The notes under the pieces: model-generated | What the model saw: the letters and a program-made list of their open reading frames with translations, nothing else | Database searches by the model: none | What the model was told of the DNA's origin: nothing | Shown: in pieces, positions 40,447 to 49,635 of the stretch | Layout: every line of letters begins with the position of its first letter | Position numbering within the stretch: position 1 is the stretch's first letter | Assembly (NCBI GenBank): GCA_963827685.1 | Contig: CAWHBU010000002.1 | Coordinates: 384,001-448,000, forward strand | From: an uncultured delta proteobacterium | GTDB lineage: Bacteria; Desulfobacterota; BSN033; UBA1163 | Length of the DNA stretch: 64,000 nt | Direction: 5' to 3' | Made by a program: the position numbers and the translations under genes

Positions 40447-40464
40447 GTAGCGTGTACAATCGAG

Positions 40465-41064
40465 TCAACCCCGTTTGAAAGGGCCGTGCTTTACCCTGTC
40501 CTTTCTGTTAGAAATTGCATCTTTTTTGATATCATCCCCACCATCATTGGCGGGGTTTTCTAACGGGGTCAACCTGTCGACCCTTTCCACACCATTGTTC
40601 GGCAACAACCGAGAGGCGTCGAGGACCAATATCATGGTATCCTCCTGCTGGACGGCCGCTGAAAGAAAGCGCGACTGCGACACAGCCGCTGGAGGAGATT
40701 GGATCTGCTTTGATGAAAATTCAAGAATGTTCAACACTTCATCTACAATGACTGCCACCGTTTGGTCCTGGATCTGAACGATCAAGAGGACATCCTGCAA
40801 TTCAGGATGATTGCCCGCTTGGCCGAAAAGCCTTCTCAAGTCAATCACTGGCAGCATCTGTCCAGCCATTGCGATAATCCCCAACATCGAATTAGGCGCA
40901 TCGGGAATCGGGGTTACGGCCACCATACGTACCGCTCGACTCACATGATCCAATGGCAAGGCATAGCGCTGCTGATCAATCCGGAAAACAACATAGTGTC
41001 TGGACTTGCCCTCTGATTGAGAAGGCTCGGTCACTTTTTGCATTGATAAGGCTGCGAGGTCCAT
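40465..41064 (-). CDS. cheW: Chemotaxis coupling protein CheW (C-terminal tail read through a MITE)
   Basis: YVVFRID..YALPL, TPIPDAP..LGII, PVIDLR, IVDEV, LVLD. Confidence 0.85.
   Translation of the reverse strand: MDLAALSMQKVTEPSQSEGKSRHYVVFRIDQQRYALPLDHVSRAVRMVAVTPIPDAPNSMLGIIAMAGQMLPVIDLRRLFGQAGNHPELQDVLLIVQIQDQTVAVIVDEVLNILEFSSKQIQSPPAAVSQSRFLSAAVQQEDTMILVLDASRLLPNNGVERVDRLTPLENPANDGGDDIKKDAISNRKDRVKHGPFKRG
40468..40569. repeat. Miniature inverted-repeat element (ACCCCGTT...AACGGGGT)
   Basis: ACCCCGTTTGAAA...TTTCTAACGGGGT. Confidence 0.7.
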
Positions 41065-41073
41065 ATCCTGTTC

Positions 41074-41176
41074 ACCCCGTTGGAAAGCCCCGCATTTTAT
41101 GTGCGGGGCTGACCTGGATTTGTATTTCCTTCCTTATAGAAAGATCGAGTAAAAGCCCCGTGATTTCTAACGGGGT
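41074..41176. repeat. Miniature inverted-repeat element (ACCCCGTT...AACGGGGT)
   Basis: ACCCCGTTGGAAA...TTTCTAACGGGGT with an internal GCCCCGCA/TGCGGGGC hairpin. Confidence 0.7.
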
Positions 41177-42736
41177 TCACTCCTTATTCAAGAGAGGCAA
41201 CCTAAAAAAGAAGGTGGAGCCTTTCCCAACTTCACTTTCAACCCCAATGGTACCTTGATGCCCTTCGACGATCTTCTTTACAATGGCCAGCCCGAGACCT
41301 GTACTTTTTTCACCCGCTGTTGGTTTGGTGCTTGCTTTTTGAAAGGGTTTAAAAACATGCGGCAATTCATTTTCGGGAATGCCTTGACCCTGGTCGATCA
41401 CTTTGGTGACCACAAAGTCCTTTTCCTTTAACACTTCGATACGCATCATCGTATTGGGATGAGAATATTTGATGGCATTGCTGATTAAGTTATTCAATAC
41501 TTGTTCAATTTTATTCTTATCAAAATCGACCAGAGGGATGTCATCCGAAAGCACGGAATCGATTGAGATGCCTTTCTCCGTTGCAAAGAATCTATTGAAT
41601 TCGATATTCTTTCTTACAAAGTCTGGATAATTATTCTTCGTTATCTCCAGCTCTAATTTTCCCGATTCAATTTTTGATATGTCTAACAAACTATTCAAGA
41701 GTTCGAGCATGAATTTGCTTGTGTCATAGATCTTTTTCAAAAATTCCTTCTGTTTTTCTGATAAATTTTCGCTTGAATATCTCGATAGGACTGAGGAAGA
41801 ATTCTGTATCACAGCAATTGGATTTCTCAGGTCATGAGCTGCCATTCCCAAAAATTCATTCTTCTGTATGTTTAGCTCTCGCAGCTGATCGTTGGACTGT
41901 CGCAATGCCTCCTCAGCCAGCTTGCGCTCGGTGATGTCGTGAATGATGGAGTACAATAGTTGTTTGCCACGCATGAAAAGCGGGCCGCTGTAGACTTCGA
42001 CGTCCCGGATTTGACCATTCGCCAGCCGATGCTGATAGTAAGAATGGTTCTGCTGCTCGGTCAGAACGCGCTGCATCTCGGTCTTGACCTCCTCTGCCGT
42101 CAGGGTGTTGATATCCGTCATCTTAAGTTTGAGCATCTTTTCATAGGGGTAACCGTAGAAAACGCAGGCACCTAAGTTGGCATCCACAATCGTCGCTGTT
42201 TCCGGATCGATCATCAGCATGGCCGCCTGATTCTTCTTAAACAGGCTGTGATAGCGTGCCTCGCTTTCGTGCAATTCTTTCTCAGCCTGCCGGAGCGCAG
42301 TGATATCCTGCATCATGCCGATCATACGAGTCGCTTTTCCCTGCCCACTGGTCGTGAAACTTCCGCGGTCGTGGACCCAGCGATAGGCGCCGTCCTTATG
42401 ACGGAAGCGGTATTGCGCGTCTAAGGGTGTCAGATATTTTTCGGAAATCTTCAACATCCGAAGGACCTTCTCCCGATCCTCCGGATGGATCATCTGCTCC
42501 CATTGGGCAATTCCTCCCCGCATCTCATCGGGGGAATATCCCAGTACCTGTTCGAGGCAGTCGCCCCACATCATGTCGCCCGTGCTGACATCGTACTCGT
42601 GCACGAGCTGTCCAGAGGCTGCAAACAGCAGCTCATAGCGGTTCTTCCAGGCGGCGATTTTCCCCTCGGCTTTTTTGTGCTTGGCGATATCAGCAACGAT
42701 GCAGAGTTCAGCCGGGGTTGATGAATTCTCATTCAT
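41177..42736 (-). CDS. Cytoplasmic PAS-PAS sensor histidine kinase
   Basis: IHPEDR, DIT PAC ends, AAHDLRNP, NLISNAIKY, DQGQGI, GLGLAIVK, GKGSTF. Confidence 0.92.
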   Translation of the reverse strand: MNENSSTPAELCIVADIAKHKKAEGKIAAWKNRYELLFAASGQLVHEYDVSTGDMMWGDCLEQVLGYSPDEMRGGIAQWEQMIHPEDREKVLRMLKISEKYLTPLDAQYRFRHKDGAYRWVHDRGSFTTSGQGKATRMIGMMQDITALRQAEKELHESEARYHSLFKKNQAAMLMIDPETATIVDANLGACVFYGYPYEKMLKLKMTDINTLTAEEVKTEMQRVLTEQQNHSYYQHRLANGQIRDVEVYSGPLFMRGKQLLYSIIHDITERKLAEEALRQSNDQLRELNIQKNEFLGMAAHDLRNPIAVIQNSSSVLSRYSSENLSEKQKEFLKKIYDTSKFMLELLNSLLDISKIESGKLELEITKNNYPDFVRKNIEFNRFFATEKGISIDSVLSDDIPLVDFDKNKIEQVLNNLISNAIKYSHPNTMMRIEVLKEKDFVVTKVIDQGQGIPENELPHVFKPFQKASTKPTAGEKSTGLGLAIVKKIVEGHQGTIGVESEVGKGSTFFFRLPLLNKE

Positions 42737-42744
42737 ACCATTTA

Positions 42745-42927
42745 TTACCTTTCCATTACGTTCAGAAATCGGTACAACTCGGATTGGTGTACCCTCCAGC
42801 CGTTCCCGGCTTTTACGGCTTTGATTCTTCCAAGTCGGATATACTTCAGATAAGTAGGTTTCGAAATCTTAAGATAGTGGATGGCTTCATTGGTTGTTAG
42901 GACGACGTCTTTGTCCGTTAAAGGCAT
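42745..42927 (-). CDS. Excisionase-like (HTH_17) small DNA-binding protein
   Basis: LTTNEAIHYLKIS..T...IR.GRIKAVK.G..WRV pattern; RBS GGGAG. Confidence 0.8.
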   Translation of the reverse strand: MPLTDKDVVLTTNEAIHYLKISKPTYLKYIRLGRIKAVKAGNGWRVHQSELYRFLNVMER

Positions 42928-42966
42928 TATCTTGACTCCCTTTTTCCGTGTTTTCTGGGGTTTTAC

Positions 42967-42983
42967 TGCAAATTAAGTGCCAA
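42967..42983 (-). promoter_or_regulatory. Sigma54 (-24/-12) promoter
   Basis: Minus strand TTGGCAC-TTAAT-TTGCA matches TGGCAC-N5-TTGCW. Confidence 0.8.
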
Positions 42984-43093
42984 GGCCTGAATTTGTGTAT
43001 TTCGATTCAATAAGTAATGGATATTCATAGTTAATTAAATTTCGGAAGGGGTCGGTAGTGGTAAGAATTCAGTTGACAAGAGCGACTTCTTGG

Positions 43094-43135
43094 CAAAACA
43101 GACAAAATTCTGTACAAAACAGACAAAATTTTGTA
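43094..43135. promoter_or_regulatory. Tandem 21-bp repeats, probable enhancer-binding-protein sites
   Basis: CAAAACAGACAAAATTCTGTA and CAAAACAGACAAAATTTTGTA, each containing an ACAAAATTTTGT-type palindrome, ~110-150 bp upstream of the sigma54 promoter. Confidence 0.6.
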
Positions 43136-43202
43136 GATGGATGACCGCCGTTCACGGCCCATGGGCCCGCCAAAGGCCCGTTGGGTCCCGCAGACGGCGG
43201 GA

Positions 43203-43760
43203 TTAGAAAAATCTTTCTAAATCTCTATTCCTGCCTGCCGGTAGGCAGGTACAAAGGGAGACTTTCAGTCTTCCCCATTTGGAAAAAGGAAGGTGTGAAA
43301 AAATCCCTGAAAGCACATTTATCAATTTTTTGATACTTTCTGGGCCAATATGGTCTGCAATTAAGCGTCCCCACCACGGTAAGTATTCATACCATATTAC
43401 ATCTTCTAGGAAAGGGACGATTTCGCCTAGTTTTTCTATAGGGAGATAGAATGGAGTTGCCCTTTTGATTGCCTGATTCGGGGGTTCTGGATTCAGGGAA
43501 GGGTTAGTAAGAATTGCCAGTGGGAAGTTACGCACCAGCGCCCAGTCCAATAGGTCGAAGTCACGAGTACCCATGCCGTCCAAGATGACCGCATCATAAG
43601 TCCAAGACATCATCTTCTCGACGGCTTCTTGATAGGTGGTGGCAGTTTCAAACCTGCATTCTGGGCATGATTCCGAGATTTCTTTTTCCAAAACCGCCAA
43701 CACATCTGGTTTGTCGTCCACAGCTAAGATCCTCTTGCCCATTAGAATAGATTCTTTCAT
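43203..43760 (-). CDS. Receiver-domain protein (atypical response regulator)
   Basis: KRILAVDD, YDAVILD; lacks the canonical K in the YLP.EK region; 20-bp palindrome near the 3' end. Confidence 0.7.
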   Translation of the reverse strand: MKESILMGKRILAVDDKPDVLAVLEKEISESCPECRFETATTYQEAVEKMMSWTYDAVILDGMGTRDFDLLDWALVRNFPLAILTNPSLNPEPPNQAIKRATPFYLPIEKLGEIVPFLEDVIWYEYLPWWGRLIADHIGPESIKKLINVLSGIFSHLPFSKWGRLKVSLCTCLPAGRNRDLERFF

Positions 43761-44292
43761 GACTACCCTCCTTACTTGATACGGAACACAAAGCGAAAAG
43801 CGCTAAGCCTATCACTCTTGCCCAAATTAGGCTTTTAAAAAGAGGCGCATTTAAGATAGAACCAAGCTTAAAACCCGCGATAGCCAATAACTTGAATTTT
43901 ATGTCCTTTTTTAAAAGGGTAAATGCATAGACTGTACCAAATGCTAAAATCTGACTAAGAGTCAAAGATGTTTAATGTAAGATATAAACAAAATATTAAT
44001 AACTTATGACCCAAAAGGACTGGGAATCGATAAAAGAGAAAAAGGTGAACCTGGTTTTGAAAACATCCAAAATTTGTCAAAAGTCGTAATAATTTCAATA
44101 CATTTTTAAAAATTCTCGTTTAATTTGGAGAGCAGTATAAGTGGGTATTCCGACGCAATCCCAAACGACGCTGTGGCTGAATTTTTTCAAAGCTCCAGGG
44201 GAGAGGGGGATTTTCCGACCAGCTTATTTTCGAGATCAATTTAATTAGGTGGGGCTGACTTTGAAGTTAACGTAGTCCACATTCAAAAATGA

Positions 44293-44321
44293 TTGACAAG
44301 GATCGGTAGTTTATATATATT
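44293..44321 (+). promoter_or_regulatory. Sigma70-type promoter of the riboswitch operon
   Basis: TTGACA-17 bp-TATATT. Confidence 0.6.
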
Positions 44322-44334
44322 TTTTCATAATATA

Positions 44335-44443
44335 CTGGCCGAATTGAAATAAGCGGGGGAACCATTTTTTTTGGGGGTGAATTCCAGAAATCCTGGAAAG
44401 GATATCCCTTAATTCTAACCCGTCAGCTAACCCCGCAGGCGAC
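44335..44443 (+). ncRNA. c-di-AMP (ydaO/yuaA) riboswitch
   Basis: GCCGAAT...GCGGGGGAACCA...TGGGGGTGAAT...CCCGTCAGCTAACCCCGCAGGC matches the known conserved segments; lies upstream of K+-transport-type genes. Confidence 0.88.
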
Positions 44444-44462
44444 TAAGGGAGAGAATCGAGGG

Positions 44463-44489
44463 TAGGGGACCTTCCTCTACTTTTTTTTT
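44463..44489 (+). terminator. Intrinsic terminator (riboswitch expression platform)
   Basis: GTAGGGGA-CCT-TCCTCTAC followed by T9. Confidence 0.7.
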
Positions 44490-44492
44490 GGG

Positions 44493-46100
44493 ATGAATAT
44501 GAAGAACGAAGTGCTGAAAGAAGCTTCTTGCCCGGTGGAGAAAGTGGAACTCCGTAGAGACGTGACGGTTTGGGGTTCCTATATGTGGGGATATGCTGAT
44601 GTCGGAGCGGACATCTATGCCGCCCTGGGTTTGGTGATGGGAGCTGCTCATGGTGGAGCGAGCCTTGCCTTTTTTGTGGCTGGCCTCATCTATATCATGA
44701 TCGGACTCTCCTATACGGAGATGGCGTCGACCTACCCAGTTGCTGGAGGAGGCCATTACTATGCGCTAAGGGGTTTGGGGGACTTTTGGGGATATGCGGC
44801 GGGGGTGGCCCTTCTGTTGGACTACACCATTGATATTGCCCTCTTTGCTACTGCCTCGGCTGGGTATATGAACTTCTTCATGCCTTTTGTCATAGGTGTT
44901 CCGCCGGAGTATTTTGCGATGGACATCTGGGTCTTTAAGAAAGTGAATCCTATCTGGGCAGCCGAAACGATCATCCTCATCAGCTTTCTCATCTGGCTCA
45001 ACATCCGGGGAGTCCGTGAATCCTCCCTCTTCAACGAGGTCATCGGTGCCATCGATATCATCACGGAATCGTCCATTATTGTACTGGGTTTTCTTTTCGC
45101 ATGGAAACCCGAGCTCTTCGTCTTACAATGGAAGACCCAATTTCCAACGATGAAGGAGTTCATGTATGGTTCGTCCTTAGCGATCATCTCCTTCGTGGGG
45201 TTGGAATCGATCTCCCAGGCGGCTCAAGAGACCAGAAGACCGGCCACGATCATTCCGCGAACTTCCATCACTTTGATTTTTACGGTTTTCATTTTTGCTT
45301 TGGCGTTTTCGACCATGGGTCTTGGAGTTCTCCCTTGGCAGGAATTTCCACAGGGAGATCCTGTGGCCAAACTGGCCCATGCCATTCCTATTTTTGGTGT
45401 GATGGCTGGACCCTTTGCGGCCATCCTTGGGGCAACGATCCTTCTGATCTCTTCTAATACCGGTGTCATGGGCGCGTCACGTCTCACCTATTCGATGAGC
45501 GAACTCCATCTGATCACTCCCTGGTTTGATAAAGTTCATCCGAAATATAGAACGCCGGTCCGCACTATTGTATTCTTTTCCCTCATTGGTATGCTTGAAG
45601 CGATTCTTGCGTTTCTAACACCCAGTGCCATGGATACGCTCGGGAATATGTACGCTTTTGGGGCAGCAAGTGGTTATCTCCTCGTCTTCATCTCAATGAT
45701 CAAGCTTCGGTTCTCCGATCCTTATTCTCCACGGCCGTACAAGATGCCTCTCAACATCAAATGGAATCACAAAGGGAAGACGGTAGACATCCCGGTCCTT
45801 GGATTCATCGGGATGATAGGAGTCAGTTTTATTCTTTTTGAGGTTATTCTGACCCATGAGATAGGTCGTATTGCTGGACCCGCGTGGGTGTTAGTCTGTC
45901 TCATTTATTATTTCTGGTTTCGAAAGAAAAAAGGGTTACCTTTAATGGGAAGTGTGAAGCACGACTGGGAGGAGGAACAAAAGAATATATTGACCTCCGC
46001 AGAGGAATTTGACATGCTCGAACAGTACAAAATCGCCCTGGCTGAAAGAGATAAACGGGAAAAGGAGAAGGCGTTTGGTAAAGTTACCCGAAGTTCCTGA
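44493..46100 (+). CDS. APC-superfamily permease, probable KimA-like K+ transporter
   Basis: About 12 TM helices, YTEMASTYPVAGG, GLESISQAAQET, GASRLTYSM; riboswitch and TrkA context. Confidence 0.85.
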   Translation: MNMKNEVLKEASCPVEKVELRRDVTVWGSYMWGYADVGADIYAALGLVMGAAHGGASLAFFVAGLIYIMIGLSYTEMASTYPVAGGGHYYALRGLGDFWGYAAGVALLLDYTIDIALFATASAGYMNFFMPFVIGVPPEYFAMDIWVFKKVNPIWAAETIILISFLIWLNIRGVRESSLFNEVIGAIDIITESSIIVLGFLFAWKPELFVLQWKTQFPTMKEFMYGSSLAIISFVGLESISQAAQETRRPATIIPRTSITLIFTVFIFALAFSTMGLGVLPWQEFPQGDPVAKLAHAIPIFGVMAGPFAAILGATILLISSNTGVMGASRLTYSMSELHLITPWFDKVHPKYRTPVRTIVFFSLIGMLEAILAFLTPSAMDTLGNMYAFGAASGYLLVFISMIKLRFSDPYSPRPYKMPLNIKWNHKGKTVDIPVLGFIGMIGVSFILFEVILTHEIGRIAGPAWVLVCLIYYFWFRKKKGLPLMGSVKHDWEEEQKNILTSAEEFDMLEQYKIALAERDKREKEKAFGKVTRSS

Positions 46101-46305
46101 GCGACCTGGATGGCGGGATTATTTTCAGATGATCACGACCGGCTTCATGGTCGTTCTGGGTTTTTACATCTTATGGCAGACCCTTTTCGTGAGGTGGGCG
46201 ATTCCATCTCTGATTTTTTCCATTGCCCTCGTCCTCTTCAGCATCTTCCGAATCAGAATGATCTGGACTTACTTCCAACAGAAAGGCAGGAGAAATGGGA
46301 TCTGA
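46075..46305 (+). CDS. Small two-TM membrane protein
   Basis: TTG start after AAGGAG; two hydrophobic helices; overlaps both neighbours. Confidence 0.6.
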   Translation: MVKLPEVPERPGWRDYFQMITTGFMVVLGFYILWQTLFVRWAIPSLIFSIALVLFSIFRIRMIWTYFQQKGRRNGI

Positions 46306-46858
46306 GATTCAGATCAGCTTTATAGGGGCATTTCTGGCTTTTATCTTTACGGCGTCTATGACTGCCCTTCTCTGGTGGATGTTTCATGTTCCCAGAGCCA
46401 TCCCCCAAGCGGCAGCGAAGGCCAGAAGGGCCGTCGGGGCGATCAAGAAAATTTTGGTTCCCACTTCGGGGACTCTTTATTCAGAGCGGGGAATTGAATT
46501 AGCATGTCGACTTGGGGAAGAACAGAAGGCGGAGATCTATCTTGTGACTGTTCTCGAAGTTCCCAGGACACTCCCCTTGGAAGCACCCATGCCTGACGCA
46601 GAGGCTAAGGCAGAAGATGTGATCAAGCGTGGGGAGGAGATTGTCAGCCTGAGAGGACTTCAGGGAAAGGGAGAGGTGAGGCGAGGACGAGTTGCAGGAG
46701 AAGAAATTATCAGAGCGGCCAAAGACTGGGAGGCTGATTTGATTGTGATGGGAATCCGATCGCAGGTCACGATGGCCCAGGATATCTTGGGTCGTAATTC
46801 TGATTTGGTTTTGCGTCGAGCTCCGTGTGAAGTGATTGTGGACAAACTCTCTGGGTAG
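46295..46858 (+). CDS. Membrane-anchored universal stress protein
   Basis: N-terminal TM, KKILVPT, ADLIVMG, VLRRAPCEV. Confidence 0.88.
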   Translation: MGSEIQISFIGAFLAFIFTASMTALLWWMFHVPRAIPQAAAKARRAVGAIKKILVPTSGTLYSERGIELACRLGEEQKAEIYLVTVLEVPRTLPLEAPMPDAEAKAEDVIKRGEEIVSLRGLQGKGEVRRGRVAGEEIIRAAKDWEADLIVMGIRSQVTMAQDILGRNSDLVLRRAPCEVIVDKLSG

Positions 46859-46877
46859 ACAGAATGGGAGGGGTTGG

Positions 46878-47279
46878 ATGAAAGTGATGATTATCGGTTG
46901 TGGCAGAGTAGGATCGGTTCTGGCGAACCGTTTGGATGAGGCAGGTCATCAGGTGTCGGTTCTCGACAGGAGTCAGCAGGCCTTTCGGAGGCTCTCCGAG
47001 AAATTTTCTGGTAGGCGGATAGTCGGCAATGGTCTGGTGGAAGAATATGTGCGTCCAACGCTGCAAGAGGAGGCCGATATCCTTTTTGCGATGACGGATG
47101 AGGATAATGTTAATCTGATGATTGTCCAGAGAGTGAAACGAAACTTCAAGTTAGAGAGGGTAGTCGCAGTGGTTCACGACTCCATTCTGGCAGGACTCTA
47201 CAAGGAGCTGGGAGTAGAGACGGTCTGTCCCACCGACCTGGTTATAAAAGATTTATTACAGACGATCCAAGAAAGATAA
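46878..47279 (+). CDS. TrkA-N (RCK_N) domain protein
   Basis: IIGCGRVG, AMTDEDNVN. Confidence 0.85.
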   Translation: MKVMIIGCGRVGSVLANRLDEAGHQVSVLDRSQQAFRRLSEKFSGRRIVGNGLVEEYVRPTLQEEADILFAMTDEDNVNLMIVQRVKRNFKLERVVAVVHDSILAGLYKELGVETVCPTDLVIKDLLQTIQER

Positions 47280-47944
47280 TGGGTGAAGTCATGTATATCA
47301 TTATTGTAGGCGCTGGAAAGGTCGGATATCATCTCGGAAGTCTGTTGATGGCCGAAGGTCATGAGGTGATGGTGATCGAGGAAGACCGTTCCAAGGTAGA
47401 ACTCCTTTCTTTGGAGTTTCATGATGCGATCATGCAAGGAAATGGTTCAACGGTCGAGGTTTTGAAGGAGGCAGGGGCCAACCGGGCGGATGTGGTTGTA
47501 GCAACGACGGGCAATGATGAGGACAATCTGGTGATCTGCCAAGTTGTAAAATTGATGTTCCTCCGCCCCCGGACCATTGCAAGGGTTAACAATCCCCGGA
47601 ACGAAGAGCTTTTCGCTGGCCTTGGAGTGGATGCCTCCGTCAGCGCAACGAAGATCATCAATGCCGTTATTCAGGAACAGGTCAAGGCCGGAGACATGAT
47701 GATTCCTCTTCTCACCTTGAAGGCAGGAGATGTGGAGATTGTAGAAGTGGAACTCTCACGTTCCTCACATATTGTGAAGAAGAAGATCAGGGATCTATCA
47801 CTACCCCAAGGGTCGATCTTCATCGCCGTGATCCGGGGAGAAGAGGTCATTATCCCCACTGGGGAGACCGTGTTCCAGCCGGAAGATAAGGTCCTCGCCC
47901 TCGTCAAACGCGAAAGCGAACAAATTCTTCGGAAGATGTTGTAA
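47279..47944 (+). CDS. trkA: TrkA-family K+ uptake regulatory protein (RCK_N + RCK_C)
   Basis: IVGAGKVG, TGNDEDNL, ARVNNPRN, IIPTGETVFQPEDKV. Confidence 0.85.
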   Translation: MGEVMYIIIVGAGKVGYHLGSLLMAEGHEVMVIEEDRSKVELLSLEFHDAIMQGNGSTVEVLKEAGANRADVVVATTGNDEDNLVICQVVKLMFLRPRTIARVNNPRNEELFAGLGVDASVSATKIINAVIQEQVKAGDMMIPLLTLKAGDVEIVEVELSRSSHIVKKKIRDLSLPQGSIFIAVIRGEEVIIPTGETVFQPEDKVLALVKRESEQILRKML

Positions 47945-47956
47945 TTTCAGCCATAG

Positions 47957-49309
47957 ATGACCGCAACAATAAGCCAGTCGCTCAATATCCTTATCGTGGA
48001 TGACGAGGTCAACATCCGCAAGACTCTGTCCGTCTGCCTTGAGACCGAAGGTCACAAAGTGATTGCTGTCAGCAACTTTCAGGATGCCTTAGCGGAGGCG
48101 TCACGAAGGTCCTTTGAACTTGCATTCGTAGATCTAAGGCTTGGTACGGAAGATGGACTGGATTTAATCCCTCCTTTGCTGGCAGCAGCGCCATGGCTTA
48201 AGGTTATTGTCATTACAGCCTACGCTTCTATCGATACGGCCGTCGAGGCCATGCGACGCGGGGCAACCGACTACATTCCGAAACCATTCACACCCGCCCA
48301 GGTAAAACTGGCGGTTAACAAGGTATTCGAAATGCGTACGCTGGAGCAAAGAGTTGCAGTTCTACAAGAAGACCTTAAACGGTTAAATCCTGAAGTGGAC
48401 TTTTCAAGTTCCAGTGCTATCATGCAGCGGGCTGTGAATCTGCTGCACCAGGTGGCCTCCACTGAAGCCACCATTCTTTTGCGCGGGGAAAGTGGAACAG
48501 GTAAGACCGTGCTCGCCCGCGCCATCCATTCCTGGAGCAAACGGGCCGACAAGCCTTTTGCCGTCATTTCCTGTCCCTCTCTTTTGCCAGAACTTCTGGA
48601 GAGCGAACTCTTTGGTCATGTAAAAGGGGCTTTTACAGGCGCTGTGCGGGATAATCCTGGCCGCATTGCAACCTGTGAAGGTGGGACCCTTTTACTGGAT
48701 GAGATCGGCGATTTACCGGCAAACCTGCAGCCAAAACTTCTGCGCTTTCTTCAGGACAGGGAGTATGAGAGGGTGGGAGATTATACAACACGAAAAGCGG
48801 ACGTCCGCATCATTGCCAGCACCAACAGGGATCTCGATAGAGCAGTCAAAGAAGGCCAGTTTCGCGAAGACCTCTTTTATCGACTCAATGTGATCCAGAT
48901 CGATATTCCCCCTTTGCGTGAACGGCCGGAGGATGTGACGATCCTTGCTGAGAGGTTATTAGCCTTTTTTGGTCGGGCCGGGCATCATCTCTTTCTCGGT
49001 TTTACCCCGGAGGCGCTTCAAGCCCTCAAACAATACCACTGGCCTGGAAACCTCAGAGAGCTGCGAAACGTTGTTGAACGGGCAGCCATTCTCTGTCAAA
49101 CAGACAAGGTTGGAATCGAATGTCTTCCTGAAAATCTGTTGCCAAGTGATTCAGGCGCGAGACCTGGCGATAGGGTCTCTTTGGAGAAAATCGAGGAGGA
49201 ACATATCCGGCGGGTGTTGGCTACGACAAAATCGCTTCAAGAGGCCGCAGATATACTCGGCATAGATCAGGCGACCCTATGGCGCCGCAGGAAGAAGTAT
49301 GGAATTTGA
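47957..49309 (+). CDS. Sigma54-dependent response regulator (NtrC/AlgB-like)
   Basis: Receiver domain, GESGTGKT, ELFGHVKGAFTGA, LLDEIG, WPGNLREL, Fis-type HTH. Confidence 0.93.
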   Translation: MTATISQSLNILIVDDEVNIRKTLSVCLETEGHKVIAVSNFQDALAEASRRSFELAFVDLRLGTEDGLDLIPPLLAAAPWLKVIVITAYASIDTAVEAMRRGATDYIPKPFTPAQVKLAVNKVFEMRTLEQRVAVLQEDLKRLNPEVDFSSSSAIMQRAVNLLHQVASTEATILLRGESGTGKTVLARAIHSWSKRADKPFAVISCPSLLPELLESELFGHVKGAFTGAVRDNPGRIATCEGGTLLLDEIGDLPANLQPKLLRFLQDREYERVGDYTTRKADVRIIASTNRDLDRAVKEGQFREDLFYRLNVIQIDIPPLRERPEDVTILAERLLAFFGRAGHHLFLGFTPEALQALKQYHWPGNLRELRNVVERAAILCQTDKVGIECLPENLLPSDSGARPGDRVSLEKIEEEHIRRVLATTKSLQEAADILGIDQATLWRRRKKYGI

Positions 49310-49351
49310 TATTAGTGGAAGGAAGGATTCGGTGCTTTGTTCCACCTACAA
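49227..49351 (+). repeat. Gene 3'-end segment duplicated at 59872-59986 and 61982-62106
   Basis: CAAAATCGCTTCAAGAGGCCGCAGATATACTCGGCATAGATCAGGCGACCCTATGGCGCCGCAGG...GGAAGGAAGGATTCGGTGCTTTG. Confidence 0.95.
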
Positions 49352-49635
49352 CTAAAGAATTCTCAAAATCATTTGAACTATTGATTTCGATTTGAAAGTG
49401 AGCATAACGCTCAAGGCCAAGAGAAGTGTGAAGGCTCCTTATTGCTCGCATCAATAACATATAAAATTGGTTGCACAAAACTAACTTGAGGCATCGGTAA
49501 CCCTCAATCATTATCTTTTTCAAGGTCTGGCTTCTCTTTAAACCAGTAATCATCAGGTAAATCCTTAACCAATGTTTTAAAGCCAGTGAACGGCTTCATA
49601 TCTTCTTGGAATTTGTTCTGAGGCTTGGGCCCCGA

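Larger units (their letters stand above)
37299..40458 (+). mobile_element. 3160-bp IS-like element with TG...CA ends, ~52-bp imperfect TIRs and two DDE transposases
   Basis: Left TGAGCTAACTACCAGATCGTAAGCTAAAGAAGAAGGGAGAAATGGGTGACACT; right (rc) TGTACACGCTACCTATTCATGAGCTAAAAAAAGGGGTAAAATTGGGTGACACT; no target duplication seen. Confidence 0.8.
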
